Origin: a virus | Taxonomy: Duplodnaviria; Caudoviricetes | IMG/VR virus record: IMGVR_UViG_3300029305_012082 | Location: 40,688-104,687 of that record | Reading direction: 5' to 3' (one strand) | Length of the DNA: 64,000 nucleotides | Shown here: positions 18,970-29,616 of the stretch, piece by piece | How the letters are laid out: every line of letters starts with the position of its first letter | Position numbering within the stretch: the first letter of the stretch is position 1 | Notes under the pieces: model-generated | Database searches by the model: none | The model's input: only the letters and a program-made list of their open reading frames with translations | Told to the model about the DNA's origin: nothing | Made by a program: the position numbers and the translations under genes

Positions 18970-19929
18970 ATGGATAAACAGTATGCGAGAAAAAGATCTC
19001 CCGTTACAATCGGAAGGCATGGCGAAAACAAAGCAAGGCAGATTCTGTTCGATATCTCGCGCTGGAAAAAGCTCTACGGGTCTGGAACCGTAGCTCTTTT
19101 GCACAGGAGATGTGGAGACATCGAAGCATATCCTTGTCTCATCGAAATTGACGGAAACTTTGTTGTCTGGACGATCATGGAATCTGACCTTGCCAAAGTT
19201 GGACAAGGTCAATGCGAACTCCAGTATCTTAAAGGCGAAACGGTCGTCAAATCTGAGGTCTGGGTCACAAAAGTAAATAAATCCCTCACACACTGCGGAA
19301 ACAGCTGCGATAACCCCCAAGACAGCTGGGTGACAAAAGTATTGCAGGCAGGTGCAGCTGTCCTTGAGGCGCAAATGCACCCTCCGATGATTGGAGACAA
19401 CGGGAACTGGTTGGTTTGGTCATCCGAGGAAAGCGCATACAAGGACACAGGAATTTCTGCCGGCGGATACAACGATGCAGATAAACTGGATGTAGATCAA
19501 GGCGTAGAAAATTTCGGGAAAGCCATGGTGGTCGGACCAGACGGGCGATTGGTTCCGGCTTATGTGTCTCCCGTCATTTCTGAAGAGCCTCCGGACGATC
19601 TTAATGTCGGGGCATACATCGACCCGAGAGAGGATTATGAGGAAGAAGAAGGTGTCCCTGTCGCTTCTGGTGGAAGCGTCAGATACGACAACCCTCAAAA
19701 TCTATCCGAAGATCAGAAAAGACAAGCCAGAGAGAATATCGGAGCTTTTGCCTCAAGCCAAGGCGAAGAAAACGCCGAAAAACTCCTGTTTGTAGACAAG
19801 AACGGCATTGTCTCTGTACTAGCCATTGGAGCAGGGCTTGCGATAGTAGGAGGAAAGCTTACTCTTGCAACGCTCGCTACAACAACAGCCATACTGGGCA
19901 CAGCGAAGCTCGGAGAAATGATCCTTTAG
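18970..19929 (+). CDS. BppU-like baseplate/fibre anchor protein
   Basis: N-terminal RQILFD...VVWTI...DL...GQGQCELQY domain; P.IGDNGNW...DTG.SA motif; PQNLSEDQKRQARENIG repeat. Confidence 0.65.
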   Translation: MDKQYARKRSPVTIGRHGENKARQILFDISRWKKLYGSGTVALLHRRCGDIEAYPCLIEIDGNFVVWTIMESDLAKVGQGQCELQYLKGETVVKSEVWVTKVNKSLTHCGNSCDNPQDSWVTKVLQAGAAVLEAQMHPPMIGDNGNWLVWSSEESAYKDTGISAGGYNDADKLDVDQGVENFGKAMVVGPDGRLVPAYVSPVISEEPPDDLNVGAYIDPREDYEEEEGVPVASGGSVRYDNPQNLSEDQKRQARENIGAFASSQGEENAEKLLFVDKNGIVSVLAIGAGLAIVGGKLTLATLATTTAILGTAKLGEMIL

Positions 19930-19943
19930 GAAGGAGGATTTAC

Positions 19944-20444
19944 ATGAGCTACAAAAAACATATTTTTGCAGACGGGCATATACTAAAAGCCGAACATCTC
20001 AATGCCATGGAAGATCAGATCGCCCAGAACGAATCCAACAATGGCAACTTGGCTGACCTTTCCACAGACTCCAAATCATCCACTGTTTCGGCGATCAATG
20101 AACTTAATTCAAAAAAGGCAAATGCACCAACCAAGGCAGCGGTTGGACAGATACTTGTCGTAAAATCGGTCGACTCAGAAGGACATCCAACAGAGTTTGA
20201 GACTATCGCACTTCCTCAATGTGATTTTGGAGAAGAAGCAAAGATACTGTTGGTGGATATTCTTGGAAGCGCAAAATTTGAATCAGACCAAACATCCAAC
20301 ATTTCTGCTCTGGCAGAGGCGTTGGGTGTTGTTTTTTCACCTGAGCTTCCTGAAGAAAATGGCGTAGAAAAGGTCGACGAGACGCTGGTTATCACTGACA
20401 ATGTCGACGCAGTACAAGATGGAAACACACTGGTAATATCTTGA
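19944..20444 (+). CDS. Tail fibre-like protein
   Basis: AEHLNAMEDQI and GNLADLSTDSKSSTVSAINEL motifs. Confidence 0.6.
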   Translation: MSYKKHIFADGHILKAEHLNAMEDQIAQNESNNGNLADLSTDSKSSTVSAINELNSKKANAPTKAAVGQILVVKSVDSEGHPTEFETIALPQCDFGEEAKILLVDILGSAKFESDQTSNISALAEALGVVFSPELPEENGVEKVDETLVITDNVDAVQDGNTLVIS

Positions 20445-20457
20445 GAGGAGTGAATTT

Positions 20458-21867
20458 ATGAGCAAAGACGTATTGATCGGCGAACAGACGTATTCAGGAA
20501 TAACAGACGTGCAGCTTAAAACCACAACTGGTCAAGCCGCCACGTTCAAAGATGTTGACGAGATCGTCACACCGAGCGGTGAAAAGGAAATCACAGCAAA
20601 CGGCACATACGATATCACGGGATATGCCAGCGTGGTCGTAAATATTCCGACGGAGGGTGAAGCAATGACGATTAACACAGAAGCAAGCACAACATTTGAA
20701 CTTGCAAATGGCACCGAATTCAGACGGGGAGAGGTAGCGGAACTTGTTCTTACAATCCCCGAGGAACTCCCCACAGCTTTTAGCTGTCAAGTTGCATTTA
20801 CAAGTGGTGAAAACGCAACTAGCATTACAATGCCCACAGATGTCGTAATGCAAGGCGAATCTGTGTCCAATGGAGTTTTCACACCCAAGGCCCATTATCG
20901 ATATGGTCTCATGTTCTGGTACGACGGCGAAATCGTGTGGTGTGTCATTTGTGCCGCAGCTCTGGAAGGAGCAGAAGACAATCCTGACGAAGGCGGCAGC
21001 GGAGATAATACCGGAGATGACACCGGCGATACTGGAAATACCGGAGGTTCTGGATCTGGCGGCGAAGATGATAACACCGAGATGACTGGTAGCGGAACGG
21101 AGTCTGATCCGTACATGATTGCAACTGCAGCACAGTTCGTTGCACTTGGAGAAGAAGTTGATGCCGGCGATACGAAGAGTGGAGTTTATTACGCCGTTGC
21201 AAACGACCTCGATTTGGATGGCATCGAATGGAACCCCATTGGCGCAAACTATAAGAATACCAACAGTGACACCGACAATAGCGGTAGCTTTGCCGGTACG
21301 ATTGATGGTCGTGGTCACGTCATCCGCAATATCAGCATAAACGGCATGCAGTATGCAGGTCTGTTTGGCTCGAACTTTGCCGGTACAGTAATGAACCTTG
21401 GACTTGAAGGTGGCTCCATCAGCACGACTTATGCAAGTTCCACTTGCGGTGCCATTGCACGCAAGGGTTCCGGCAAGATCGTAAATTGCTACGCACGAGT
21501 TCCCGGTCAAGCTGTTACTCGTTCGTCCGGTATCATTGATGAGATCGAAGCTGGCGGCATGGTCCTTGGCTGTTACCAAGCTGCAGCTATCAACAACGGA
21601 AATGGCTATGCGATCAAGTCTGCTACTACAACAACCGGAACAATTAAGTATTGCCTGTGGGATAGCACATTGACAGAAAAGGGTATTGCCGGGACTTCTT
21701 CTTCTGATTCCAACAATAACGGTATTACAACCGCAGAGTTTGCAACAGCTCATACAACCCTCAATAATAATCTTTCCGCTGTTGCTGCTGCGGCCGGAAT
21801 CGATGTTGCCAAGCTGTGTGCTTGGGAGGCTGGTTCTGACGGTTATCCCAGACTGGTGGTGGCGTGA
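20458..21867 (+). CDS. Tail appendage protein with a GLUG/ZmpB-like beta-helical domain
   Basis: GSGTESDPYMIATAAQF, NDLDL...WNPIG, FAGTIDGRGHVIRN and YAGLFG motifs after a G/D/S/T linker. Confidence 0.7.
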   Translation: MSKDVLIGEQTYSGITDVQLKTTTGQAATFKDVDEIVTPSGEKEITANGTYDITGYASVVVNIPTEGEAMTINTEASTTFELANGTEFRRGEVAELVLTIPEELPTAFSCQVAFTSGENATSITMPTDVVMQGESVSNGVFTPKAHYRYGLMFWYDGEIVWCVICAAALEGAEDNPDEGGSGDNTGDDTGDTGNTGGSGSGGEDDNTEMTGSGTESDPYMIATAAQFVALGEEVDAGDTKSGVYYAVANDLDLDGIEWNPIGANYKNTNSDTDNSGSFAGTIDGRGHVIRNISINGMQYAGLFGSNFAGTVMNLGLEGGSISTTYASSTCGAIARKGSGKIVNCYARVPGQAVTRSSGIIDEIEAGGMVLGCYQAAAINNGNGYAIKSATTTTGTIKYCLWDSTLTEKGIAGTSSSDSNNNGITTAEFATAHTTLNNNLSAVAAAAGIDVAKLCAWEAGSDGYPRLVVA

Positions 21868-22799
21868 TGAGTCTTACGATGAGACGATTTGCTGCAATTG
21901 CTCAACTATCGTCAGGTAGTGCAGTTGCGCCTGTTCTTCGGTACAAGCTCGGAATTATATCGGACTCTCACTCTGGATACACAAATGCAGTTCCGCATTT
22001 AACGGCAACCTTGAATACGCTTCATAATCGTGGGGCGCAAGAAATCGTCACTTGCGGAGATAGTGCTGTAAATGGTACTCAGGCAGAATGGGAGCAGTAT
22101 ATCAGCACAATCGAATCGTCCCCGTACAAGAGAACTCAAGTTCATGAGTGCAATGGCAACCACGATGGTGCCGCCCCCGATCTGACCACGTTTAAGCAGT
22201 ATTCAAACAATGGAGCTTTGGTGGGAAAAGATCCGTACTTTGCGATCGACCTGTTTGGAGATCGTTTCATTTTCTTGGCTTTCGATGTTGGAACGTCTCC
22301 CAGCGGTGGAAACTGCTTCTCAACAGCACAGCTTGATTGGCTTGAAGAAGAGCTTCAGGAGCACTACGGCAAAGGGAAGAATGTGTGGATCATTGAACAC
22401 TCTCTTTTCTATGGTTGGGGTGCTGGTGATATTATTTCCGCCCCTAGATACCCAAGAGCCTTGTCCCTTTCCTTTGATAGCCATATCCGCCTGAAATCCA
22501 TTTTGGAAGCACATCCCAAGCTTATCTTCCTCCACGGACATACGCATATTAGGCTTGAAGATGTTTCCGAAGGACTCGTTGCCCATGCACTTCCTGCGGA
22601 TGCCGGATGCAATCAGATTCACGTCCCTGCTGTTACCGCAGGTAAGTTTATTGGAGGCAGCGGCGAACCCTCGGCGGATTTTAGTATGGACCCGGAATGC
22701 TGGTACTGCGAAGTTTACACAAACAAGATTGTTTTCATCGGTCTTAACGGCAATACTGGTGAAGAAATAGCAAACGTTTCTCATACTATTGCAGTCTAA
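21864..22799 (+). CDS. Calcineurin-like metallophosphoesterase within the tail module
   Basis: All five motifs present: DSH, GD, GNHD, H and GHTH. Confidence 0.85.
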   Translation: MMSLTMRRFAAIAQLSSGSAVAPVLRYKLGIISDSHSGYTNAVPHLTATLNTLHNRGAQEIVTCGDSAVNGTQAEWEQYISTIESSPYKRTQVHECNGNHDGAAPDLTTFKQYSNNGALVGKDPYFAIDLFGDRFIFLAFDVGTSPSGGNCFSTAQLDWLEEELQEHYGKGKNVWIIEHSLFYGWGAGDIISAPRYPRALSLSFDSHIRLKSILEAHPKLIFLHGHTHIRLEDVSEGLVAHALPADAGCNQIHVPAVTAGKFIGGSGEPSADFSMDPECWYCEVYTNKIVFIGLNGNTGEEIANVSHTIAV

Positions 22800-22825
22800 G
22801 AGAAGCGAAGAGTTGAGGTGTGAAA

Positions 22826-24712
22826 ATGGCAAGATATTACGTTCGAAATCCCGACAATCCTCAGGAGTGGCTGCTTGTAGGTGGTAACGCCAAAGGGGCT
22901 GTCCTGTACAACAGACCTCAAACTCTTAGCGAAGAAGCAAAGAGCGTTGCAAGAGACAATATTGGCTCAGCTTCCAAGGCAATCGTCGGCGATCTTAAAA
23001 AACTCAACACTTCGTCAAAGAACGATTTGGTCGAAGCCATAAACGAAATTCTCAGACTTGTTGGAACAGGAGTCGGAGGAACTGTTGATCCGGAACAGAT
23101 CGAAAGAATTGTCGAGGATTATTTAGAAAATAATCCGCCCGAAGATGGTCAGGATGGTATTTCTGCAACGCATAGTTGGGAAGGTACTGTCCTGACCATG
23201 ACAAGTGCAAGCGGCACATCGAAGGTAGATCTTCAAGGCCCCAAAGGGGATGACGGAATATCACCGCACATCTACCTCGAACAGATCGATGGCGGACATA
23301 GAATCACCATTGAAGATGCTTTCGAAAGAAAAGAGTTTGTCATCAAGAACGGTTCTGACGGGCGAGATGGTGATAATGGCGCAACGCCAGAACTCAAAAT
23401 TGGCACCGTTACGACTGTATCCTACGGGGGTGAGGCAAAAGCAACAATAACGGGAACGGCAGATAAGCCGGTTCTCAACCTATGGCTTCCTTCTGGTCCC
23501 GCTGGATCTTCTTCCGAAGGGGATGACGGAAGAGAAGTTGTCCTTCGTGCTTACGGTGGTTATATCCAATGGCAATATGTTGGTGATACCACTTGGGAAA
23601 ACATTGTCGCATTGTCTGAAATATCCGGAGACGATGGTGTAGGCATCGAAAGTGTAGAGCAGACTACTACCTCTGATGAAGACGGTGGCACAAACAAAAT
23701 TGTACTGAGACTGTCCGATGGGTCTGAAACTGAAATATCAATAAAGAACGGCTCTGCAGGAACACCGGGCAGAACTCCGGTTAAAGGCGAAGACTACTTT
23801 ACCGATACAGAAAAGCAAGAGATTGCCGAAGAAGCATCAAAGCTTGTAACCATCGATCAAGTTCTCCCCACACAAGTCGTTTTCCCCGAAGGACAGACAA
23901 CGAACTTTGCCATCGGCAAGGTAAAACTGTCGAATGGTAGCGCAGAGCTTATTCCTGTAGGAGGAACACTGCAGGACTTCTTCGACAAATTGGTTGAAGA
24001 AAAGAACCCCTCTACAACTCAGCCGAAAGTAACGCTTACGTTCGATCAGGCAAAGGCTTATGAAGTTGGAACAAAAGTCACTCCTACCTATAAAGCCACC
24101 CTCAGCGCAGGTTCATACACATACGGACCCGCTACAGGAGTTGTAGCATCTGCATGGGAAGTCACTGACACCCAAAACGCTAAAAGAACAACAGCCAGCG
24201 GTAGCTTTGATGAAATCCAAATAGTTGATGATATAAGCTATAAGATTACAGCAAAAGCAACTCACAACGCAGGTGCTGTTCCTGTAACAAACCAGAAGAA
24301 CCCTTATGCCGCCGGCCAGATTAAATCCGGAACAAAAAGTGCTACCTCTGGAGCGATGACAGGATATCGAAACGTCTTCTATGGAACAAGAACAGATAAG
24401 ACAGATCTCACATCTGATAAGATCCGCGCTCTCTCTGGAAAATCCGGAAAGGCTCTATCAAATGGAAGCACATTTGTGGTTGATGTTCCTGTTGGAGCCT
24501 TGCGTGTTGTTATAGCATATCCGGCCACCCTTCAGGATATTTCTTCTGTAAAAGACGTGAACGGCATGAATGCTGAAATTGCTTCAGGTTTCTCGATGAT
24601 TACACTTGATGTTTATGGAGTTGATGGATACAAAGCCATTCCGTACAAAGTGTATATCATGGACTTTGCATCCGCAAATGACACGGCAAACACCCTTGCT
24701 GTAACAATCTAA
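22826..24712 (+). CDS. Tail fibre protein with collagen-like segments
   Basis: QGPKGDDG, GSDGRDGDNG, WQY.GD..W.N and GRTPVKGEDYFT motifs; Ig-like C-terminus. Confidence 0.75.
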   Translation: MARYYVRNPDNPQEWLLVGGNAKGAVLYNRPQTLSEEAKSVARDNIGSASKAIVGDLKKLNTSSKNDLVEAINEILRLVGTGVGGTVDPEQIERIVEDYLENNPPEDGQDGISATHSWEGTVLTMTSASGTSKVDLQGPKGDDGISPHIYLEQIDGGHRITIEDAFERKEFVIKNGSDGRDGDNGATPELKIGTVTTVSYGGEAKATITGTADKPVLNLWLPSGPAGSSSEGDDGREVVLRAYGGYIQWQYVGDTTWENIVALSEISGDDGVGIESVEQTTTSDEDGGTNKIVLRLSDGSETEISIKNGSAGTPGRTPVKGEDYFTDTEKQEIAEEASKLVTIDQVLPTQVVFPEGQTTNFAIGKVKLSNGSAELIPVGGTLQDFFDKLVEEKNPSTTQPKVTLTFDQAKAYEVGTKVTPTYKATLSAGSYTYGPATGVVASAWEVTDTQNAKRTTASGSFDEIQIVDDISYKITAKATHNAGAVPVTNQKNPYAAGQIKSGTKSATSGAMTGYRNVFYGTRTDKTDLTSDKIRALSGKSGKALSNGSTFVVDVPVGALRVVIAYPATLQDISSVKDVNGMNAEIASGFSMITLDVYGVDGYKAIPYKVYIMDFASANDTANTLAVTI

Positions 24713-24724
24713 GGAGGTGGGGAC

Positions 24725-26278
24725 ATGGCTGATTTCGGAACGCTTAATTTTTCTGTTGCATTCAAACCTACCGGCGCATTTCCCATCAACGCAAATCAGT
24801 ATTTTGAAAGCTTGGATGAAGCAAGGGCAGCGGCCGCATCTGCAGAGGAAGTCGGTAGCACAAATACCGTTTATCACTATGGAATGAAGCTCCTTGTTTC
24901 TCAGGACGGTGTAGACACATGGTACACAATCCTGAGAGACGGGACTCTTTCTCCTGAAGGGACAACCGGCCCGTCCGAAGTTGTGCTTGTCATACCCAAG
25001 AAATATGACGAGCTGAAAGAACTCCTGAATAATTCCGCCCTTGTTGCAGGTAGTTTATATCGCATAACCGACTATGTCACCGCAACTACTCAAGAGGCGA
25101 CCCAGAGCGCAGGACATCAATTTGATATCTTGGTTCAAGCTCTTACCGCTAGTACGCTTGCCGAAGAAGCGAAAGCAATCCATCACGATGGAGACGAATA
25201 CTTCTCAAGCAGCAATCTTAATGGATGGCAGCTTTGGTACACCATAGACAACGACACAAATCGGTTTGCATGGGCAGACGCTGAAAACGGCAAAGGCGTC
25301 ATCTATCGACTGATAGATGAGTGGGGAAACGAGTGCCCATATGATTTCAAAAACATCATGATGCAAAATCCTCTTGACGCAGATGATTCTGGGTACTATT
25401 ACACGTTCGACAACGCAGGAGGAGATCTTTCCCTCATTGGTGAACTGTGTTTCTCAAACCACATTGACAAATATATAGATGGTGCTCAGAAGATCAACAG
25501 GAATATTTTCATCGCTGCCGGGTTGGAGGTCAGTGGGAACTCCTTTGACACCCAATGCTACAACAATGTTTTCCGCAGAGCAACAAGGCGGTTGAGCTTT
25601 GCTCGTGAATGCTACGGAAATAACTTTCTGGGGCACAATCATCTGAGCACGTTCGATACAAAGTTCAGAAATAATACTGTCGGCGGAGAAACACAGTCAA
25701 TCCAAGTTGGGCAAGGAGCAACCAACAATGTTTTTGCTAACAACATTTACTATTGCTCGTTCGGCAACTATTTCAAAAACAATGTCCTTTGTAGTTATCT
25801 GTACTACAGCACTTTCGGCCATTATATTCAGAACTGCATATTAGGAGAAAGTGCAGAGCTTCCTGGCCAATACATGAGATTTTTGACATTTGAGAACAAT
25901 GTCACTTACTTGAATCTCTACAAGGCGGATACTGCTACAAAATCCTATTTGGAGAATGTAACAATATCCAGCGGCACTTGCGGATCATCTGCTGCGCGAA
26001 TTATGCTTCTTGTAGAAGAATTGGCGCAGAAATATGCAATTACTTTCGGCCTGAACACAAAAGGAATTGTCGAAAAATATTGTGCTGCAGACCTGCCCAG
26101 TTCTGCAAATAATTCAGGAGGAGTTAGTTTCAAAACAGATGAAACTCTCTCTTTGGTCGATGGGGTGCTCTCTGTCAACACGGCTAATTCTGCTGAAGAA
26201 GACAACACAAAACCCATCACATCAGCTGCTGTTCATACACAGCTCGGCAACATCGAAGCCCTGCTTCAGACAATATGA
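24725..26278 (+). CDS. Tail appendage / receptor-binding protein (predicted beta-helix)
   Basis: YRITDY and IYRLIDEWGNECPYDFKNI motifs; (N/S)xF-G-N repeats. Confidence 0.65.
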   Translation: MADFGTLNFSVAFKPTGAFPINANQYFESLDEARAAAASAEEVGSTNTVYHYGMKLLVSQDGVDTWYTILRDGTLSPEGTTGPSEVVLVIPKKYDELKELLNNSALVAGSLYRITDYVTATTQEATQSAGHQFDILVQALTASTLAEEAKAIHHDGDEYFSSSNLNGWQLWYTIDNDTNRFAWADAENGKGVIYRLIDEWGNECPYDFKNIMMQNPLDADDSGYYYTFDNAGGDLSLIGELCFSNHIDKYIDGAQKINRNIFIAAGLEVSGNSFDTQCYNNVFRRATRRLSFARECYGNNFLGHNHLSTFDTKFRNNTVGGETQSIQVGQGATNNVFANNIYYCSFGNYFKNNVLCSYLYYSTFGHYIQNCILGESAELPGQYMRFLTFENNVTYLNLYKADTATKSYLENVTISSGTCGSSAARIMLLVEELAQKYAITFGLNTKGIVEKYCAADLPSSANNSGGVSFKTDETLSLVDGVLSVNTANSAEEDNTKPITSAAVHTQLGNIEALLQTI

Positions 26279-26292
26279 TAGGAGTGTGAATC

Positions 26293-27180
26293 ATGAGCAT
26301 TGCACAACGAATAAGCACTATTCAAACAGACAGAAACACAATCCGAGCCAAGCTGGTTGAACTCGGTCTGGCAACGAACACAGACAAGCTGACTGCTCTT
26401 GCGGCTGCGATCGAAGATATCGTCAATCAAGGTGCAGTATCTGTCGAGATCAAAGAGGGTACAATCTATACGATTCCGGCTGGTTTCCACAACGGCTCTG
26501 GTGTCGTAAAAGCTATTTCCGACGCAGCCGGCGACGCAGAGACCTACAAGACTCAGGCAAAGGTTGTAACCCCCACAAAGAAACAACAGAGTGTAACGCC
26601 CGATGTCGGCTACTATGCTCTGGAATCTGTCACTGTCTATCCCATTCCTGACGCATATCAAGATGTTACCAGCGTTACCGCAACGGCAGAAGACACACTT
26701 ACCGGAAAAATCTTTGTTGCAGCGGATGGTACTGTTGTAACAGGTACTATGCCCAACAATGGCACTGTAGATAAGATCCTCGACTGTACGACTCTTACCT
26801 ACACAATCCCGAAGGGCATGCACAGCGGCACTGGTAAGATCCAGATCATTGTAGAAACAAAAACTGTAACTCCCACCAAGGCCGTACAGGAAATCACTCC
26901 TACAGATGGAAAGGTACTTTCCAAGGTTACAGTTGCGGCTATTCCCGATGCATATCAGGACGTCACTCCCGTTGATGCCACAGCGGCAGATGTGGTTGTT
27001 GGAAAGACTATCGTTGCCGCCGATGGCACCGTGATTGAAGGGGGAATTCCCGTCAATGGCGACGTATCCAGAACAATCGATGGCCTGACAACAACCAGTG
27101 TAGAAATTCCTGCAGGAAGCACTACTGGAGGAACCGTGAGTCTCACAGACGATATTGAAGAAGCTCTTGCGGCTATCTGA
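26293..27180 (+). CDS. Tail fibre protein with internal repeats
   Basis: Repeated YTIP.G.H.G.G.V, VTPTK..Q..TP and IPDAYQDVT.V.ATA.D...GK..VAADGT units. Confidence 0.75.
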   Translation: MSIAQRISTIQTDRNTIRAKLVELGLATNTDKLTALAAAIEDIVNQGAVSVEIKEGTIYTIPAGFHNGSGVVKAISDAAGDAETYKTQAKVVTPTKKQQSVTPDVGYYALESVTVYPIPDAYQDVTSVTATAEDTLTGKIFVAADGTVVTGTMPNNGTVDKILDCTTLTYTIPKGMHSGTGKIQIIVETKTVTPTKAVQEITPTDGKVLSKVTVAAIPDAYQDVTPVDATAADVVVGKTIVAADGTVIEGGIPVNGDVSRTIDGLTTTSVEIPAGSTTGGTVSLTDDIEEALAAI

Positions 27181-27221
27181 GCCCCGGGGCGTGAATCGCC
27201 CCGCAAGGAAGGAGGCGCAAC

Positions 27222-27728
27222 ATGAGCATAAAAAGCGAGATTGAAAGGATTCGTTCCGCCGTTTCCGACCAAGAAAGATTAGTTGGGAGAATACAGGAAG
27301 AACTCGCAAAAAAAATAAATGCTTCTCAAGTCAAGACTTGCACCCTTACAGTAGCTTCAGATGGGAACGGAATTGTTACAGCAATCTGTGTCACCAGATT
27401 TGAAAACGGCGCATTTATTGCAGACAATAGATATACCCCAAACAGCATAGTGCCGCAGACCTTCAGCAATGTGGTTTGCGGCAGTGCTATATATATTGAG
27501 ATTTGCAACTTCGAATCCGCTGCGTTTGAAACATCCGGAATCTCTGGCAACCCAATAAGCAACGGATATTTTGGACAGATAACAGCACCTGCCGACAATG
27601 AATGTCAAATCCGAGCCTACGACCCAAACAAGCAAGATCAAGCAGGAGTTATACAGAACGAAAATACACTGATCGTAAATAGCGGTGTTACATCTTCTCA
27701 GGATGGAAGTACACTGCTAATACTGTAA
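27222..27728 (+). CDS. Tail fibre-associated protein
   Basis: MSIKSEIERI coiled-coil N-terminus; GGAGG RBS. Confidence 0.6.
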   Translation: MSIKSEIERIRSAVSDQERLVGRIQEELAKKINASQVKTCTLTVASDGNGIVTAICVTRFENGAFIADNRYTPNSIVPQTFSNVVCGSAIYIEICNFESAAFETSGISGNPISNGYFGQITAPADNECQIRAYDPNKQDQAGVIQNENTLIVNSGVTSSQDGSTLLIL

Positions 27729-27741
27729 GGAGGTGTGGCGG

Positions 27742-28653
27742 ATGAGTATCCTCGAAAACAATACGAGTAGGTTGCAGCAAATACTAGAAGATATAGAAAC
27801 TCTTCCGACTGCACCCTCTTTGCCTGAACTAGACAATCCGGGCGATGGAAACAAGATGCTCGAAGGGTACAAGTTGATCGGCCAGAACGGTGAGGTTGTC
27901 ACAGGCACAATCCCTGTCGAAGAAGGAAAAACCGTTACGCCCGGCGAGACCGAGCAGGTTGCCGTGGAAAGCGGAACATATGTATCCGGTGACATTGTCG
28001 TTGCTGCAGTAGAAAAGGTGGAAGAGGTCGAACAGGCCACCCCTGTTATCTCCGTCACCATTGATGGTATAATCACGGCTAGGGCTACGCAGTCGGCAGG
28101 TAAAGTGGCGGCTGGCACGAAGACCGCCACCAAGCAGATGACGGTTCAAGCGGCTAAGACATGGACACCCGGTGCGACAAACCAGACCATTGCCTCTGGT
28201 CGGTATCTCACTGGTACACAGACCATCAAGGGCGACGCAAACCTGAAAGCAGAAAACATTGTTTCCGGTGTTTCTATCTTTGGGGTTGCTGGTACGGCGG
28301 AGACTGGAACGGGTGGGGGTTCTGAAACAGGGGCTGCCTGCACAGTCCATATTGATAACTCGTCAAGTTATCCTTGCGCTGTTTGTTATGCGAACAGTGA
28401 TGGAGAAGGAAAGGCAGTGATCGTAAACGATTGGACTTCCGATCAAATTGATGCGACCGTGGGGGATATTGTCACCTTTTATTCTCCCTTCGATTCTTTT
28501 GCGCCCCCATTGGTGTGTGAGGTACAAGGTTGTAGCTTTTTGGGTACTACAGAATTCGTCTCAGGCATGGTTCAATGTAGGGTTTGTATGTTCCGCCTAA
28601 CCTCCGAGAATGCAGATATTTTTGTGTATGATTATACTGGAGACGATACGTGA
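27742..28653 (+). CDS. Tail fibre protein
   Basis: TPG...Q...SG.Y..G repeats and GDANLKAENIVSGVSIFGVAG motif. Confidence 0.75.
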   Translation: MSILENNTSRLQQILEDIETLPTAPSLPELDNPGDGNKMLEGYKLIGQNGEVVTGTIPVEEGKTVTPGETEQVAVESGTYVSGDIVVAAVEKVEEVEQATPVISVTIDGIITARATQSAGKVAAGTKTATKQMTVQAAKTWTPGATNQTIASGRYLTGTQTIKGDANLKAENIVSGVSIFGVAGTAETGTGGGSETGAACTVHIDNSSSYPCAVCYANSDGEGKAVIVNDWTSDQIDATVGDIVTFYSPFDSFAPPLVCEVQGCSFLGTTEFVSGMVQCRVCMFRLTSENADIFVYDYTGDDT

Positions 28654-28670
28654 AAACATGAGGTACAGAT

Positions 28671-28940
28671 GTGAAATACTATATTTTCCATGGGGAAGTG
28701 CTGCCCCCCGAAGAAATAACCACATATTTTGGGGATAAAACTACTTATCCCTATGCCCAGAAACTGTACTGTGGTGAAATCACCCTTGACGATATTCCCG
28801 AAGACCTTCGGGAGACGGTACAGACCGCCGTCAACAACCGTATCAACCGGTGGGGTGCGTATGAGGATCAGCTTGTTTCATACAACGACATGAAGGAAGC
28901 ACTGCAAGAAATTGATAGAGAGGATAATACAAATGGCTGA
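28671..28940 (+). CDS. Small tail-associated protein / fibre chaperone
   Basis: GEITLDDIPEDLRETV motif; synteny. Confidence 0.5.
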   Translation: MKYYIFHGEVLPPEEITTYFGDKTTYPYAQKLYCGEITLDDIPEDLRETVQTAVNNRINRWGAYEDQLVSYNDMKEALQEIDREDNTNG

Positions 28941-29604
28941 TGTTCCTATTTTAAGAATATGGAATCCTGAAACAGGAAGGTATGAAGGCGTTTCTCAGAT
29001 CAAGGGGGACGACGGAAGAGGCATTACATCTGTATCATATGACGAAACAAACGACGAGTGGGTTATTGCTTATACAGATGGAACAACGGATAGACTTGGC
29101 GCTTCGTCAAGCAAGAAATACCCCTACATTTCAGAAATCAATATTTCAGGATCTTCTGTCGAAGTCGTCACAGTAACGGCAAAAGACGAAACGGATGTTC
29201 AAACTTTCTCCATTCCAAGCAAGCTGAGTGACCTCAAGGGCGACACTACGCACAGAACCGTGACCGATACCCAGATAGACACATGGAATTCAAAGTCATC
29301 GTTCTCTGGATCGTTTAAGGACCTGTCCGATCTTCCGAGTAAAATTGTTAAAGAAATTAACTTCACAACTTACGATGGACTCTGGATATATTATGCCGAT
29401 GGCTCATCTGCTCATTTCCCTCAGGATAATATAAGTGCTCACTCGCACACAGCAGACAAAATTAGTGGCGGCATACTCGGCGGGCAAGTCGCCGCAAACT
29501 CACTTCATCAATCTCCGGGCGAATATCTAGTCCGCAATCAGAAACTCTCTGCTACCGATGATGAGCCTACGGTTGAAGGAGAGATCTGTTGGATTTACTC
29601 GTAA
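28933..29604 (+). CDS. Tail fibre-like protein
   Basis: IKGDDGRGITS, IPSKLSDL..D.THRTVTD, FSGS..DL and P.VEGEICW motifs. Confidence 0.65.
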   Translation: MADVPILRIWNPETGRYEGVSQIKGDDGRGITSVSYDETNDEWVIAYTDGTTDRLGASSSKKYPYISEINISGSSVEVVTVTAKDETDVQTFSIPSKLSDLKGDTTHRTVTDTQIDTWNSKSSFSGSFKDLSDLPSKIVKEINFTTYDGLWIYYADGSSAHFPQDNISAHSHTADKISGGILGGQVAANSLHQSPGEYLVRNQKLSATDDEPTVEGEICWIYS

Positions 29605-29616
29605 GGGGGTGAGTAT

